Part shown: in pieces, positions 29,046 to 45,351 of the stretch | How the letters are laid out: every line of letters starts with the position of its first letter | Position numbering within the stretch: the first letter of the stretch is position 1 | DNA from: Octopus vulgaris | Taxonomy: Eukaryota | Direction of reading: 5' to 3' | Assembly: GCA_951406725.2 (NCBI GenBank) | Contig: OX597831.1 | Coordinates: forward strand, 81,096,001 to 81,160,000 | DNA length: 64,000 nt | Made by a program: the position numbers and the translations under genes | The notes under the pieces: model-generated | What the model was told of the DNA's origin: nothing | Seen by the model: the letters and a program-made list of their open reading frames with translations, nothing else | Databases searched by the model: none

Positions 29046-29480
29046 ACTATCAAATTTAATAATTATATCCCTCACCCTCACTACCACCAACACCCCACTA
29101 GTCCCGTCCCTACAAAATCCCTCACCACCTTCCGACCGCTATCACCACCACCTCCCTACGGCTTCCCCTCCATGCTGCCTCCGTCACCCCCCCACCCCAC
29201 TACAATCTACAACAAACATCCACCATCAGCATTCTCTCATCACCGCCACCGACGCTGCCTCCGCCGCTATCCCCCACCACCGCCATCGCCACAAACCCCT
29301 CCACTGCACAACCGTATACAACCCTTCTCCTCCCTCCCGAACCCCACCAACGCCTCGACCGCCATATACAATTCATCCACCTCTTTGCCAAGGCTCGCCG
29401 CCACCGCCGCTACCGCCGCGCCGCCACAACATTCACCGCCATCTTCCCCCACACGTCCTGCTCCCTGGCTACCCCCCTCC

Positions 29481-29533
<53 letters not shown>

Positions 29534-30127
29534 TCGCTCCCTAAAACCGCGACAATGGCTAATCATTTAAACCCTGAAAATCACAAGGTTTGACACTCCA
29601 CTTGAGTGGTCCCTCCTCCTCTATTTCACTTTGTGGACCCTTAATAAAATGAAAATAGGGGCCCCTCCCTTCCAGCAGACCTATTAAATCTGTCTAAACG
29701 GCTTTTTATTCTGTCACTCTTTTCAAGTTGACCACACAAAAACACACACGTACACGTGCATTCACACACTTACGCACACACAAATACGAACACATGTGCA
29801 CACACACACATGCAAGCGTGTGTGTAGGTGTAAATACAACAGCAGCTACGGGTAGTTAGTATACGTACGTACATACATGTACATACATACATACATACAT
29901 ATATATATGTGTGTGTGTTTATGCACTTACACACACACACACACACACACTTAAGCACATACAGAAAAGTATTTATACGCATGTATGTGGGGGTGGAGCG
30001 ATTGTGTATGTAAATACGCCGGTTGCTAGAGATCATTGTGTGTGCGTATATATACATATATATATGTGTGTATAGATATGGGTGTATGTAGATAGACAGT
30101 TATGTACATACATATATATTTATATCT

Positions 30128-30912
<785 letters not shown>

Positions 30913-30944
30913 TGTGTACCTAACTGTCTATCTACACATACGCG

Positions 30945-30979
<35 letters not shown>

Positions 30980-31304
30980 AAACACGCACACAAAACGCTT
31001 ACCTTCTTACATGCGTGCATGTGAAGCATAAACAGAGCGGGGGTTGGGGGCTGTTACCATTTCTCAAACAATTACAAAATATCTAATATTATTTCAGCTG
31101 ATAATTTACTGGTTAAGCTAATTACCAACCAGTCTGGTTAATTATACCTATTAATTGAACACAATTACTAAATATACAAAAGAGAACTTGTATTATTAAT
31201 TTTACTAATGTATAATTGCTAGTATTTCATTGATTTTAATTAATTACTTATCATTCATTAAGAGTACTTGTCAAATTATATTAATTAATATAATTGATAA
31301 TAAT

Positions 31305-31865
31305 ACTGATTTCAAATTTTGGCAGAAGGTCAGCAATTGTTGAGGAGGGAGTAAGTTGATTACAGCGACGCTAGTGTTCAAGTGCTGCCTGGTTTATCGA
31401 CCCCGAAAGGGTCAAAAGGAAATTCGACCATTGCGGAATTTGAACTCGGAACGTAAAGACGGACGAAATGCAGCTACCCATATTGTCCGGCGTGCTAATG
31501 ATTCCGTCAGCAGCTTGCCTTAAAATCTCAAATTCCCCTAAAGTCGACTTAGCTTTTCATTCTTTGGGGGTCAATATGATAAAATGCCAGTGGAGACCCC
31601 GGTCAGTGGAATCGACTTAACGCCCATCCCTATAAATTTCAGACTCTGTGCAAAATTTTGAAACGGAATCGTCAGCATGACGGACAAAATGCTAAGCAAC
31701 ATTTCGTCCGGTTTTACGTTCTGAGTTCAAATTCCGGCGAGGTCGACTTCGTCTTTTATCCTTTCGGAATCGATAAAATGAGTACCAGCTGTGTACTGTG
31801 GTCGATGTGATCGACTTTTCCTCCTTCCCCGAAATTGCTGGCCTTGTGCCAAAATTTGAAACCAT
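31305..31865. mobile_element. Cluster of SINE family B copies in opposite orientations
   Basis: Homology to 38127-38300. Confidence 0.75.
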
Positions 31866-31876
31866 TATTGTTGTTG

Positions 31877-31910
<34 letters not shown>

Positions 31911-32119
31911 GAAATGAATATAAAGATAGCAATTAATTCGTGCTTGGTAAGATTTAAATAGAGGAGAGGTAGATATTACCCAAGATAGGACGCTATCACC
32001 AATATGTGTGTGTAGAGAGAGAGAGAGAAAGAGAGTGAGAGAGGGAGAGAGAGAGAAAGAGAGAGACAGACAGAGAGAGATTATTAACAACATGCATACA
32101 ATATATATTTACAATGTCT

Positions 32120-32525
32120 TTTATTTATTTATTTTTTGTTTTCGTGTTTCAGTTTTTGGACTGCGGCCATTCTGGGGCACTGCTTTGAAGAATTTAGTCG
32201 AACAAATCGACGTCTGTATTTATTATTTTTTAAGTCTGGTATTCATTCTGTCGATCTCTTTCTGCTGAACCGCTACGTTACGGGAAAGTAAACAAATCAA
32301 TACCACGTTGTGAAGCGGCAGAGGTGGGGACAAACGTAGGCTCGAAGACACACACATAAGTATAAAAATACATACGACAGACTTCCTTCAGTTTCCACCA
32401 ACAAAATCCACTGCTCAGGCTATGGTCCGTAGAAGGCACTTGCCCACGGTGTCTCGCAGTAGAACTGAGCCCGAAGACATGTGGTTGGAAACAAACTTCT
32501 TATTACATTGGTGCGCTTCTGCCTG
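32120..32525 (-). mobile_element. SINE family A, diverged
   Basis: Homology to 39542-39955. Confidence 0.75.
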
Positions 32526-32589
32526 TTCTCACCACTCTGTCTCGCATTAACTCCATGTTTACAATTTATATTTATAAATTTACTGATAG

Positions 32590-33260
32590 TAAAACTGTGC
32601 AGGCGAATCGCTGGATAGATTCTGAGGTCATTCAGAACCCGGAAAAAGGATGACTTGCCCACGCCTATAGAGTACTTTCGATCTCGGTCATCTGGATTAC
32701 TGCAGGGCATCGAACTGATGGCAGATCTTGAGGCAGTTCAGCGCCACTGCCCTAACAAGACTGAGCCGATGCAACAGACGAGCTACTGGGAGAGACTAAA
32801 GGAACTGAAGCTCTACTCTCTAGAGAGAAGACCAGAAAGCTATGCAGTGATATACATATGGAAAATTCTGGAAGAATTAGCTGCCAACTTTGGAATTGAA
32901 AGCTTTGCCAACCACCGAACCGGACGCCACTGCAGAGTACAAAAGATCACGTCCTCTTCATCTAGAATAAGGACCTAATACGGTAACAGCTTCGCTTTCA
33001 AGGGTAACAATTATTCAACATTCTGCCAATCCTCCACCCAGAGATTTGTGAAGTGCAGATGTGGTGGTCTTCAAAGAACGTCTGAGCAATTTTTTTTATC
33101 AGAGATACCAAATGAACTCAGCTCACAGCAGGAAGCACAAGGATGTGCAGCTCCATCCATCTCGCTACTTCACAAGAAACCGTAGAGAAAAGAAACCCAA
33201 GTCACACTGAAAGGCGGTGTCCCAGCATGGACTTAGCCTCTGGCTGAAACCAATAAAATA
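32590..33260 (+). pseudogene. Degenerate CR1-group LINE 3' fragment
   Basis: LEAVQR..SYWERLKELKLYSLERR..YAVIYIWKILE; tail ggcggtgtcccagcatgg..ggctgaaac. Confidence 0.85.
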
Positions 33261-33382
33261 ATCTATATACATATACACGTGTGTATACATTGATTAAACT
33301 CATCTATAGGGCATGTGATTGATACATACATACACACGCATACACATATTTTCACATATACATACACTAAATAATTTTAGTG

Positions 33383-33437
<55 letters not shown>

Positions 33438-33735
33438 CGCGAAAACCTTCGTTCCGTACATTTACGAATGTATGTCTACAGGTCAGTCTCCGTTCCTGTC
33501 TGTCCGAATGTTTTTATGCACGCATTAACGGAAGGATGGATGGACCATACCCATACATTACGCGTGTTTTCTAGTAACAAGTGAGTGTGTCTACATACTC
33601 ACACACACACACACACACGGTTAGATGACATGGATAAAGCTTCTCTTACTGTCAACGAAATGGTGATAAACACGGATTTATGTTCGCTTTTCGTGGGAGA
33701 TCATTCTTCCCACCCTTTCTTCCTCTCTCTCTCTC

Positions 33736-33773
<38 letters not shown>

Positions 33774-33961
33774 TCTCTCATTCTCTTTCTGTCTTCATTT
33801 TCTGTTATTTTGTTCAGTAGATAAATGTCACTAAAACCGTCTCCATTCGTGCGTTATTCATCGGCATCATTAATATACATACACCACACATAGCTATACA
33901 CACTCACTCATACACACACACACACACAAGCACATACAAACACTCTTCATGCACCCGAATC

Positions 33962-34230
33962 GACTTCACCAATCGACCGCAAATCAAAAATCACCATCGT
34001 TTTAAACTTTTGTTTCTCATCCTCCATGAACGATAATGTTGTTTAGTCTCAGGTCAGCTCTGATCAAGCACACATTTCATAAAAAATGTTCCATCAGTGG
34101 CCATCCCTTCTTTCATTAAGACATTCTGCGTCAAGGATCATATGACGCACTGTCCGTCATATTTCAAGACACAAGGTTGCTACTTGGGAAAGATTCGGAC
34201 AGCATTCAATGAAACCGGTCGTACACGTAC
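33962..34230 (+). repeat. Second copy of 20217-20485
   Basis: Near-identical direct repeat. Confidence 0.9.
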
Positions 34231-34488
34231 ACACATACATACACACATACATACGTACATACATACATACATAAATACATACATACATACATACACACAT
34301 ACATACGTACATACATACATACATATATACATACATGCATACATACACACATACATACGTACATACATACATACATACATACATACATAAATACATACAT
34401 ACATACATACATGCATACATACATACATACATACATACATACATACATACATACATACATACATACATACATACAAACATACATGCAT

Positions 34489-35133
34489 CCGTCGGAAGGA
34501 TAATCCCGTAGCCACTTGTGGAATCCTTGTGGAATGTCCTAGTGAAGACCTAAATAAAATGTAAGCACAACAGACCTGATATAATGATTTGGGACAGAGA
34601 AGAGAAACTGTGCACAGTGGTGGAAATTAGCTGCCCAGCGGATTTTAGCATAAAGCTGAAGATCAGTGAAAAGGAGAACACCTATGCTGAACTATTGAGA
34701 AATCTGCAGTTACTCTATCCAGATTACAAGTTCAGGTTTATACCTGTAATTATTGGGGCCCTGGGATGTGTAACACACTGCCTAAATACCATTCTTGAGA
34801 AATTAGGTCTATCAAAACCAGAAAGGAGAAAGCTGATTCGAAGACTACAGATCCAATCCATCACTGGAACTGTAAAAATCTGTAAAACTTTCTAGAAATC
34901 TATCATTTAAATATATATGAGCATGTCTAGATATGCAACTATATGCATGACAAGACATACATACATACATACAAATCTGCACATACATACATACATACAT
35001 ACATACATACATACATACATACATACATACATACAGACAAAACTACCCTGTTGTTGATGTTGAAATTCCAGTAAAGGAGCGTTGGATCTAGGTTAGAGAC
35101 CGGCTCTTTCTCTATTGGCATGAAATTTTGAAA
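34489..35133 (+). mobile_element. R4/Dong-like REL LINE 3' fragment flanked on both sides by (TACA)n
   Basis: ORF 34584-34895 carries the REL motif; close to 1-845. Confidence 0.82.
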
Positions 35134-35145
35134 TGCATACATACA

Positions 35146-35181
<36 letters not shown>

Positions 35182-35230
35182 TATGTATATATATATGTGT
35201 GCGCGTATGTATCCACATACGCACACACAC

Positions 35231-35274
<44 letters not shown>

Positions 35275-35425
35275 TTGTGTGTTTGTGCGTGTTTTCTCGA
35301 GTATGTGAGTGTGTGTGTGCTTGTTTGTGCGTGTGTGCCTATGCAACAGTGACACAGACATAAAGGTGAAAGGAAAGTTTTATTATTCGTTTGATGCTCA
35401 ATGTGAGATTACAACAGTTGATGTG

Positions 35426-35466
35426 CATTTTGACGTTTCGAAGTTATGTTCTTTATCAGAATGTTA
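35426..35466 (-). ncRNA. Degenerate hammerhead-like motif
   Basis: cauu-CUGAUAA-a-gaa-cauaac-uuc-GAAA-cg-UC-aaaaug; G8A change and imperfect helix I. Confidence 0.35.
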
Positions 35467-36021
35467 GCCAGCTGGACAAGTGTATCGAATGGGGAAAACA
35501 TTTGAGTAATAGAGAAATGTGTTTAAGTTTGTGCCATATTAGTTCAAAACGAGCAAAGGGGAAATATGTCAAATAGGCCAACATCAAGAATTTCACTAAA
35601 CAAATTTAGTGGCGGCTTTCGAAGGTGTATAAAATTGCAGGAAATTAAAGATTCTTGATATATTGTTTATATACACAATGTAAAACTTGATCTTTGTAAA
35701 CAATGGGAAAACGATGGACTTGTTTTGATTTTACTGCGTTTCAACAGCACAGGGCAATCTATCGAGAACCAAACCTGCTTTGACCATTTTCCAGCAATAT
35801 TTTGAATCAGTAAAAGTGTTACTAAATAGCAAGGCTATGTGGTTATGAAGCTCATTTCACAACCACGCAGTTTCGGGTTCAGTCCCGCTGCACAGGTCTT
35901 TTATGAAAGTGTCTTTTACTAGATCTACGGGGTTTCAGTGATTTGCGAATGAATTTGGTTGGCGGAATCTGCCAGAAACCCATAATATATTTATCTGTTT
36001 GTGTGAGAGCGTGTGTATAAA

Positions 36022-36282
<261 letters not shown>

Positions 36283-36299
36283 ATACACACACAGAAACG

Positions 36300-36338
<39 letters not shown>

Positions 36339-38126
36339 TCAGCTAACTCAACACAAACATGTTAAGACCCCCGCGCTCCATATTATAACTGAACCAATAA
36401 CAGGAATAACAACAAGAAGAATAACAACACCGCAAACATAACAATATCAGTCGAGAACAAAGTATTCGTGGGAAGAGAAAGGTGAGTGGTGGGGGTGGGG
36501 GAGATAGATGAGTGGGGGCGGAGTGACAATTGGAAAATTAAATGTAAAAAACAGAACTTTTGTTGTTTTTATTTCGTGTGGTTTCTCGTCTACCTTGCAA
36601 CTTCACCTCCTCCTCTCCTCCCTTCCACCTCTTCGCCACCTCATCTCCTCCACCTCTTCCCCCCCCCCATCCGATCATGTCCTGCCACTTCATATAGTTT
36701 TACACCTATTAGGTATTAATGAAGGTAAACAACTAACGATGCTTTGATTTATGACTTTGTATCTCACCTTTGGTCATTGGAGGAGGAGAGAAACCAGGGC
36801 GGAGCGGCCCAGGGTGAGGGGGGGGCTTCAAACAAGGCTATCGGGTTTCTTGGCGGAGGAGTTAGCGTGAAGTGAGCCAATTCAAGACGACATAAGACAA
36901 TTGGGGAATTCCTCTTTGGTCCACCACTGGCTAGGCCGGGGTCATCGTTGTAGACTTGACCCCTACATCCAGTCACGGGTCATTAGCTTGGCGCCATCGT
37001 GCTGTGACTTATATTTATCGTGCCGTCTAAATTAAGATAAATCACTCGAAAATTAGCGTGGGAGAATGCACGCGCGACTCGCTATCTTTTTTTACCTTTT
37101 CCTTTTTTCGGGACCCAATTTTCTTAGATTTTTCTCCAAGGAAAAGATCCAGGGTTTGCAACCAAGGAACAAGGCTGGATCGTTGGATTTTCGACACTGA
37201 ATGCGTGGAATATATGCATATATATATACATATACGCATATGTGTGTGAGTGTGCTTGTGTGTGTGTGTGTTAATGTGTGTATGAATGTATTTGTATACA
37301 CACATGCACACACAGACACACACACGCACACACACACACACGCATGCACATACACACGCATTTTTATACACACGCATCTTAATACACACACACGCGTACA
37401 CACATGCACACACACGCACACACACGCACACACACATACACACACGCACGTGCATACGCACATACACGCACACACACTCGCACACACAAGCATGCATACA
37501 CGCACGCATCTTTATACACACACACACATACATTCACGTATCCCCCACCCCAAACGTCTGAATCTTGACACGTGTGTGCATGCGCATGCTTCAGGTTAAA
37601 CCTGTGCAATGTTTTCACATAGTTTTAATTCCATAAATTGTTTGAAATTTAAAAAAAAAAATATTTATGATCAGTCTACCAAGGTGGTAAGCTGACAATC
37701 GTTTGACCCCGGGTGAAATACTTAGCAGCATTTCGTCTGCTTTCACGTTCTGAGTTCAATTTCTGCTGAGGTCGAATTTACATTTCGTCCTTTCGGGGTC
37801 AATAAAGCAAGTGGGATCCGGACGAAACCTCCCCGGTTGTATTTTTGGCGGAGGTGCACAATAAGCGCCTCACCCCACTATTTTATAATTTTTTTTACAA
37901 ATTCCGATGCTTTTGTTAACGGAGATTCCGATTCTGACAAAAATATTCGGCATTTCAATATTTTTATTTTCCTTTCAATTTTTGTAAAAAATACTTTTGG
38001 ATTCCACGTAGGAAAATATGAACATGATTCTGAAAAAGCTTTTTTTCTAAAATCTCAATTTCTTAAAAATCAATTGACGCCCCTTCCCACCCCACTCCCA
38101 TCCACACCAATATTTCGGATGTCTAA

Positions 38127-38530
38127 AGCGGCGGCGAGCTGGCAGAAACGTTAGCACGCCGGGCGAAATGCTTAGCGGTATTTCGTCTGCCGCTACGTTC
38201 TGAGTTCAAATTCCGCCGAGGTCGACTTTGCCTTTCATCCTTTCGGGGTCGATAAATTAAGTACCAGTTACGCACTGGGGTCGATACAATCGACTTAATC
38301 CGTTTGTCTGTCCTTTTTTGTCCTGTCTGTGTGAAGCCCCTTGTGGCTAGTAAAGAAATAGGTATTTCGTCTGCCGCTACGTTCTGAGTTCAAATTCTGC
38401 CGAGGTCGATTTTGCCTTTCATTCTTTCGGGGTCGATAAATTAAGTACCAGTTGCATACTGGAGTCGATGTAATTGACTGGTCCTCTTCCCCCAAATTTC
38501 GGGTCTTGTGCCTAGAGTAGAAAAGAATAT
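38127..38530 (+). mobile_element. SINE family B, dimeric arrangement
   Basis: Head ggcggcgagctggcagaa, B-box-like gagttcaaattcc; internal unit repeated at 38361-38475; similar copy at 43354-43585. Confidence 0.85.
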
Positions 38531-39037
38531 TCCGGATGTTGTTAAACTAGTTCCCTCATTTGCGCATGCGTAGATGATTTTGAACCAGTACATGCAGTGA
38601 GGCCTAGAAGATCTCTCCACATGCTAGAAATAACAACCAAATCTCTTGAATTTTATTTTAATCATACGTAAACAAAAACGGAAATTGAGGTTGCGAAAAA
38701 CTTTATTTTCCAAAATTCCAACTTTTTGATAAACAAAAATATATTCAATCGAAAATAAATAAGTAGAATCAATAAGAGAACACGAGAGATTTTACTACTA
38801 AATGTACATATTTTCTGAATTCTAACATAAAAGGGAAGACATTAACTTCAAATGTGTTTTACAATCATCATCATCATCATCATCATCAACACCATGACCA
38901 CCAGCATCGTCACCACCGCCACCACCGCCACCACCATCATCATCACTATCATAATCACCATCACCACCGGCAAAACAGTGACCAGCAATGAAAACCACCA
39001 TGACCATCACTACCAACAGCAACAAACTCAACCTTAG

Positions 39038-39086
<49 letters not shown>

Positions 39087-39541
39087 ATTCAAAATTGAAA
39101 TTTAGAAAAGAACAAAAAAAGAAAAATGCCGATTTTTTCCCTCAAAATCGGGATCTCCGTTGTCGAAAACGTCGGAATATAAGAAAAAAAAAAAAAGAAA
39201 AAAATGGGGTAGGATGCTTATTGTACATTTCCGTCAAAAATATAAGGGGTTTTATCCTAGTGGGGTTTTGTCCTACACACAAAATAAGTATCAGTTGAAC
39301 ACTAGGATCAATGTAATCAAGTCACGCCCGGAATTGCTGGCCTTGTGCCAAAATTTGAAATCGTATTTGTGTTCTTTCTGCCTTGTGGAGACCAATTACT
39401 CAAGAGTAATATTGAAATAATACATTACCTGGCTAAATCCCCCACTTAATTACTGGTACTATCTAAAACAAGTGGAGGCAGATTTCTCGATAGTTCACCA
39501 TAAGTGTGTGTGTATATATATATTAGGTGTGTATATATATA

Positions 39542-39955
39542 TAGGCGCAGGAGTGGCTGTGTGGTAAGTAGCTTGCTAACCAACCTCATGGTTCCGGGTT
39601 CAGTCCCACTGCGTGGCATCTTGGGCAAGTGTCTTCTGCTATAGCCCCGGGCCGACCAATGCCTTGTGAGTGGATTTGGTAGACGGAAACTGAAAGAAGC
39701 CTGTCGTATATATATATATATGTATGTGTGTGTTTGTGTGTCTGTGTTTGTCCCCCTAGCATTGCTTGACAACCGATGCTGGTGTGTTTACGTCCCCGTT
39801 ACTTAGCGGTTCGGCAAAAAGAGACCGATAGAATAAGTACTGGGCTTACAAAGAATAAGTCCCGGGGTCGATTTGCTCGACTAAAGGCGGTGCTCCAGCA
39901 TGGCCGCAGTCAAATGACTGAAACAAGTAAAAGAGTAAAGAGTAAAGAGTAAAGA
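39542..39955 (+). mobile_element. tRNA-derived SINE family A, full length and apparently young
   Basis: A box tggctgtgtgg, B box ggttcagtccc, internal (TA)/(TG), LINE-like tail, (taaagag)n end. Confidence 0.92.
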
Positions 39956-40005
39956 GATATTTGTCTCCTCCTCAATCTGTCTATCTATAATCTATCTATC
40001 TATCA

Positions 40006-40074
<69 letters not shown>

Positions 40075-40084
40075 TCTATCTGTC

Positions 40085-40121
<37 letters not shown>

Positions 40122-40149
40122 ACTATAAGTAGCAAATTTTATTTTGCTG

Positions 40150-40430
40150 CTTATAGGAGCAACTGTCTTTAAAGACTCATATTGTCATTCAGTACTCGAA
40201 ATGAGGAGTAGACAGACAGCCGACATCTGATGAAGGGTCGTTCTTTATGTTACTTGTCCTGTTTCCCATTTGTTTCTCTCGTTGTTTGCGTATCGAACTC
40301 ATTTGTTCCCGTATTTCATGTTGTTTGCTGTTGGCGGCGTCCTGTACCCATGTATGCATGTATATATACATATATTTCGTTTTTGAATTATAAGTCACGA
40401 AAAGAGAGTGACTCTCCCCAGACACAACAG
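40150..40430. repeat. Composite TA-associated repeat; right end matches the arm terminus of 53644-53921
   Basis: attataagtcacgaaaagagagtgactctccccagacacaacag at 40387-40430. Confidence 0.6.
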
Positions 40431-41321
40431 TATATATATATATGTACAAATTGCGTGAGTGGAACGGGTAAAATGCACGCTACATATATTTCTTAGCTAG
40501 CTGAGTATCTGATGTAGTATTTATGCAATGAAGGGTGCTCAACTAACTTATAGGCTAAGTTGAGCTCCCCTTTTAAATTTACGGCATTATCATTATATTT
40601 TTATATAGATTATTGTGAAATAATTTTATAAAATATTTTTTCATATGTTTTAAATTGTTCTATACTGCTTAAAGTATTTTTTGTGATTTAATCAGTGTTT
40701 ATCATGCTCAACCTACAGCATATATATTTCCTATATATCTACGCATACAGCATTAATCGCAACCATCAGTTAATTCGGACAAGGGGCTAAAACGAGCATC
40801 CTTATTACAATGGTTTAGCAACGGGTTTCAGTCACTTCTCAACAACAATAATTTTTCTAAGCAATGAAACAATGTCGAAAACTGTGTTTTATTATTATTA
40901 TTTATTTTTTTTTTATAACCATGGATGTTTCTTCCCTATATCCTAATAGTGATCACGATGGATGCTTAGAAGGAATGAACAACACGGGAATTTCATTATA
41001 TCTAGACAAAGCTATTTGATTAAATATTCTTTCTCTTTTTCTTTTCTTTGTCTTTTTTTCTTTCTTTTACTTTCTTTTTCTTTTTGCTAGTTGAAAAATT
41101 GAAAATTGAAGCCTAATTCTGTCATTGCATCGAAGTGGGAACGCAAGATCTCCTCGTCCAAACTTTTGAATATGAATTTCTATGTATCACTTCATTTTGA
41201 ACTCGACAAAGACAGGTTTGCAGTCGAAGTATCGTTCAACCAATAAAATATCTATTGCAATCGTGTCGTGCACTTCGCATTGTCTATTTACCTTCGTGAC
41301 GAGTTACGACAGTCCTTTTAA

Positions 41322-41387
<66 letters not shown>

Positions 41388-41429
41388 GATAATAATAATC
41401 CTTTCTATTACAGAAGGACCTAAAGAATG

Positions 41430-41990
41430 ATCCTTCTCTTCAGAGCCAGAAAATGCTTCAGCCCTCACCAAATATTGGCATTATACAAAGCGGTCGAAAG
41501 GGAACATTGCTCTTTTCCACGTTTGGAACAATGTTGTTGTGGTACACACACACACACACATACTCACACATACATGCATACATACATACTCACACACACA
41601 CAAACACGTGCGCGCACACACACAGTACACACACGCACACACATACATACTCACACACAGACATACTCACGCGCGCGCACACACACACACACACGCGCGC
41701 ACACGTACATACACACACACACATAACACAAACACACACACGCACAAACATCTTACGCCACATCCAGGCGAGGGCCACTCAAAAGATTAGCATAAAATCC
41801 CTTCCAGACATTTTTCAAATGGCGAATTCTTCAAATGGTGTCTCAGTGAACTTCTGTTGGATCCCGCTCCTAAAACTGACTCCCACCATCTACTTGTGCA
41901 ATAGCAATGACAACATCCGCTGCAGACATCTTGAGTCCTGCCAAGTGTTTCGTCAAAGGGAACCGTTGCCATTTGCATCGAAAGTTATGA
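41430..41990 (+). pseudogene. Degenerate Jockey/CR1-group RT C-terminal fragment split by (CA)n
   Basis: LFRARKCFSPHQILALYKAV..IQARATQKI resembles the post-RT region of these LINEs. Confidence 0.5.
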
Positions 41991-42348
41991 CATTTCAGAA
42001 AAAAAACCTGATCAGGAGATTCTACGAGAAATAAAAGTGAATAAATTAGAAATCAGAGCTAAACGATCGTTTCAGTGCCCTTCAAGGGTCAGTTCGGGGC
42101 CAGCTACTCATTCCGTTCCATATTTTTGTTTTTTAAACTTTCCTGTTGCCGTCATGCGGAACATATTTGCTGATTATCCCTCTTTAGTTAGACTCATCAA
42201 CTCTGCCAGTCCAGCAGGACATGAAATAATTTATGTGTTTTATAAATAAAATAGACAGTATTACATTACAACAGACGGCAAGGAACAAATTACGATGATC
42301 AACGAACAGGTCATAAAATTCAACTATGTCATATATAAATATAAATAA

Positions 42349-42416
<68 letters not shown>

Positions 42417-42421
42417 CTTTA

Positions 42422-42458
<37 letters not shown>

Positions 42459-43353
42459 TGAATACACACACACACACACACATAAATTTCTTATATTCCC
42501 ATGCATGTAAATACATATATTTGGTCGGACATTTATCTTTGCAACGCCCCCTGTCCGAAATAATCTATCTATTTATGAAATACAGCCGTGAATAGATAAA
42601 TATTTTAAACAGTTTGTAAAGACCCAGAAGTCATAGCCAAGAATATGAAACAAATACAGAAAACAAATGAATAAATAAATAAATGGTGGTGTCAGAATCG
42701 TGACAATGCTGCCACCTGGGGTTCTAACAAGTCATATTTCTGAGCTGGTTATTGTTGGGAACAGTCACCATTACATGGAGTCGTGGCGTGTTTGGTGGGC
42801 AACGTGAGGCTTTTGTGTATGACAGACATAAACCTAACACACTTCACTGAGAACGTGTTGGCCGTTTCGCTTCAAACAGTTTACTTAAAGCTGAAATATA
42901 CGATTTCATTTTATGGCTGCCATTTTTTCACATCAGCCAATAGATATATATATATGATATTTGATTTTGTAGTTTAATACATTTTGCGCTCCAACTGAGG
43001 CGCACCCGACCGAGTCCACCTTACTCGCCTTCACGCTAGCCACCACAGAAGCCTGTACACGCCCGTTTGTTCTGCTAGGAATAACAACCCAATTCCCTCA
43101 AATATATTCTAATGTCATAGAAAGACAGATATCGAACGAATGGTCTTTAACATACAAAATAATGGAAGGTACACGGATGGAACGCCTTTGATCTATGGAA
43201 TTCACAACGCGTTAGACAATAACAAAAACAACATCGAGGGAGCTTTTACGTTGCTCAGCTAGAAATTGTAGCTAAATCTGCCTCAAATCACACACCGTAC
43301 CATCTTGAAGGTCACGTTGGAAAAGGATATTCTAAATATACTATGACAGGATA

Positions 43354-43585
43354 AGGCGGCGAGCTGGCAGAATGGTTAGCACGCCGGGCGAAATGCTTGG
43401 CGGTATTTCGTCTGCCGTTACGTTCTGAGTTCAAATTCTGCCGAGGTCGACTTTACCTTTCATCCTTTCGGGGTCGATAAATTAAGTACCAGTTCCGCAC
43501 CGGGGTCGATGTAATCGACTTAATCCGTTTGTCTGTCCTTGTTTGTCCCCTCTATGTTTAGCCCCCTGGTGGGCAGTCAAGGAAT
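43354..43585 (+). mobile_element. SINE family B
   Basis: High similarity to 38127-38360. Confidence 0.88.
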
Positions 43586-45320
43586 ATATACAAAGACAGG
43601 AATGGTAACGGCTGGAATCTGTATCCGTGTAAAATGACATTCTTTGTCTCACCTTTCCCCAGCATCTTTCAGTGTCGACTTTAACCACAGGAGGAGTTGA
43701 ACACGGAACTGTAAGGTAATGTGGCTCTTCTCTCTAGACGTGTGTAGTAGATAACGTAGCACGTGTGCATAGTACCTATTGACAGCTACGTGGACTGAGC
43801 AACAAACAATATAATGTATTTGACAATGAAAAGACAACAGATAGCCAATTGCTCGGAGAATAGATTTCGCTGTTTAGAATTGATGAACAGTGGCTCTCTC
43901 TCATCTCTTCTTACCATTATTCAGGTGATTTGACCACAAATATCCTCTTTTTTTGTTTTATTTGTAACATACCGGATTACACTCTTGCCGAATTATATTC
44001 AAATGTACACAAGACGATAATGCAAGCAAAGCATTTCACTTCACGGTGTACCAGTCCACTCCACTACCAGGAGTTAAACCTACGAAGGACTGTCGAATTC
44101 TCCAGGGGTAAGTCTTATACTTTCTCTCTTACATTTCATGGAAACCAGACTTTAAAGGTTTTTTTTTTCTTTTTTGAAACCTATATTGAAAAGCTAGAAA
44201 CCCTCTTTTGCATATTAGAGGCCGATATGCTTAAAATTGATGGACTGTTTCACATCACACATCAAACATAATCCGTAGCTGGAAACAAACCGAACATCCG
44301 GGAGCAAACTTTTGAGAAGATTTTTTTCAATTATTACCTCAACTCTCTGTCACTGACAAAGTACGAACCCTCATCTGTTGGACTGTAGTCCATTATTCTT
44401 CATACTGTGTGTCATCTGTAGCTATCTTATTACAAAAAATATAATTTTATTATTGAAAGGCCTCGTGTGAAATATTCTGAGGTGGGCGGTGTAGGGAAAA
44501 GTTGAACAGCAAATACTGTAGTTCTGTGTCTCCATCTCTCTGAACTTTCCACCTTACTCGCTACTCTCTTCACTTATTGTCTAGGATCGTTAAAAAGGCG
44601 CCGAAAAGAACAAGTCTGTCATGATTTGTTTTATACTGAACTTCTACTTACTATTTAATATCTTTCTCTGTAGTTTCTCATTCACAAACGAATCCTTACA
44701 CAGATGGGAAAAAAAAAAAAACTAAAATGAAATAAAATGAATATGGACACTGTGAAGGGCAAATTTATCACTTGACTTCATTTTATTACAGAGTTGGTGA
44801 CAAACAATTTAGTAAGAAATAATCCTGCAATTTCATTTTTTTTTTCTCTGCCTCTAATATTAATTAACTTCAAAGTCACTCGCCATTCGCTTTAGTCAGC
44901 ACCATTAATAAAGACGAAAACAATACAACAAACAACAAACAACAATAACAGCAATACTAAAAATTTTCATTTTGATTTCTGGGACGTGAAAAACGATAGA
45001 AATTTTTCAATCATCACCTTTTGTAACAAGATGGCGAACACTTGTAAATTGTGCGTTTTGTTTTTTAATATTTTTTGTTGGTTGTTATTGTTTATAAAGT
45101 CTTGTCTCTCTTCTGTTTATTAATTTAGTCAAAAAGAAATGAAGAAAAAAAATTTAATTGAATTTTGTTGCTGAAGAATAAAAAATACAAACCATTATTA
45201 TTTTGTGAGGTGTGCTCGTGTTTCATCAATCAAAATCGAATTTAATTTTAATTTTTGTTTTTTGTTTTTTCCTGTGATTTTGCTATATTATTGTAGTTGT
45301 TGTTGTTGTTGTTGTTGTTG

Positions 45321-45351
<31 letters not shown>

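Noticed and set aside
36764-36976. 70-aa GC-rich ORF ending at a splice-donor-like site
   Set aside because: No recognisable domain, stops immediately upstream, no convincing acceptor; not called an exon.
40165-40220. CTCGAAA followed by CTGATGA
   Set aside because: No consistent three-helix fold found in any hammerhead topology.
42056-42106. Palindrome AAACGATCGTTT with adjacent hairpin on the minus strand
   Set aside because: Catalytic core not recognisable; at most a heavily decayed motif.
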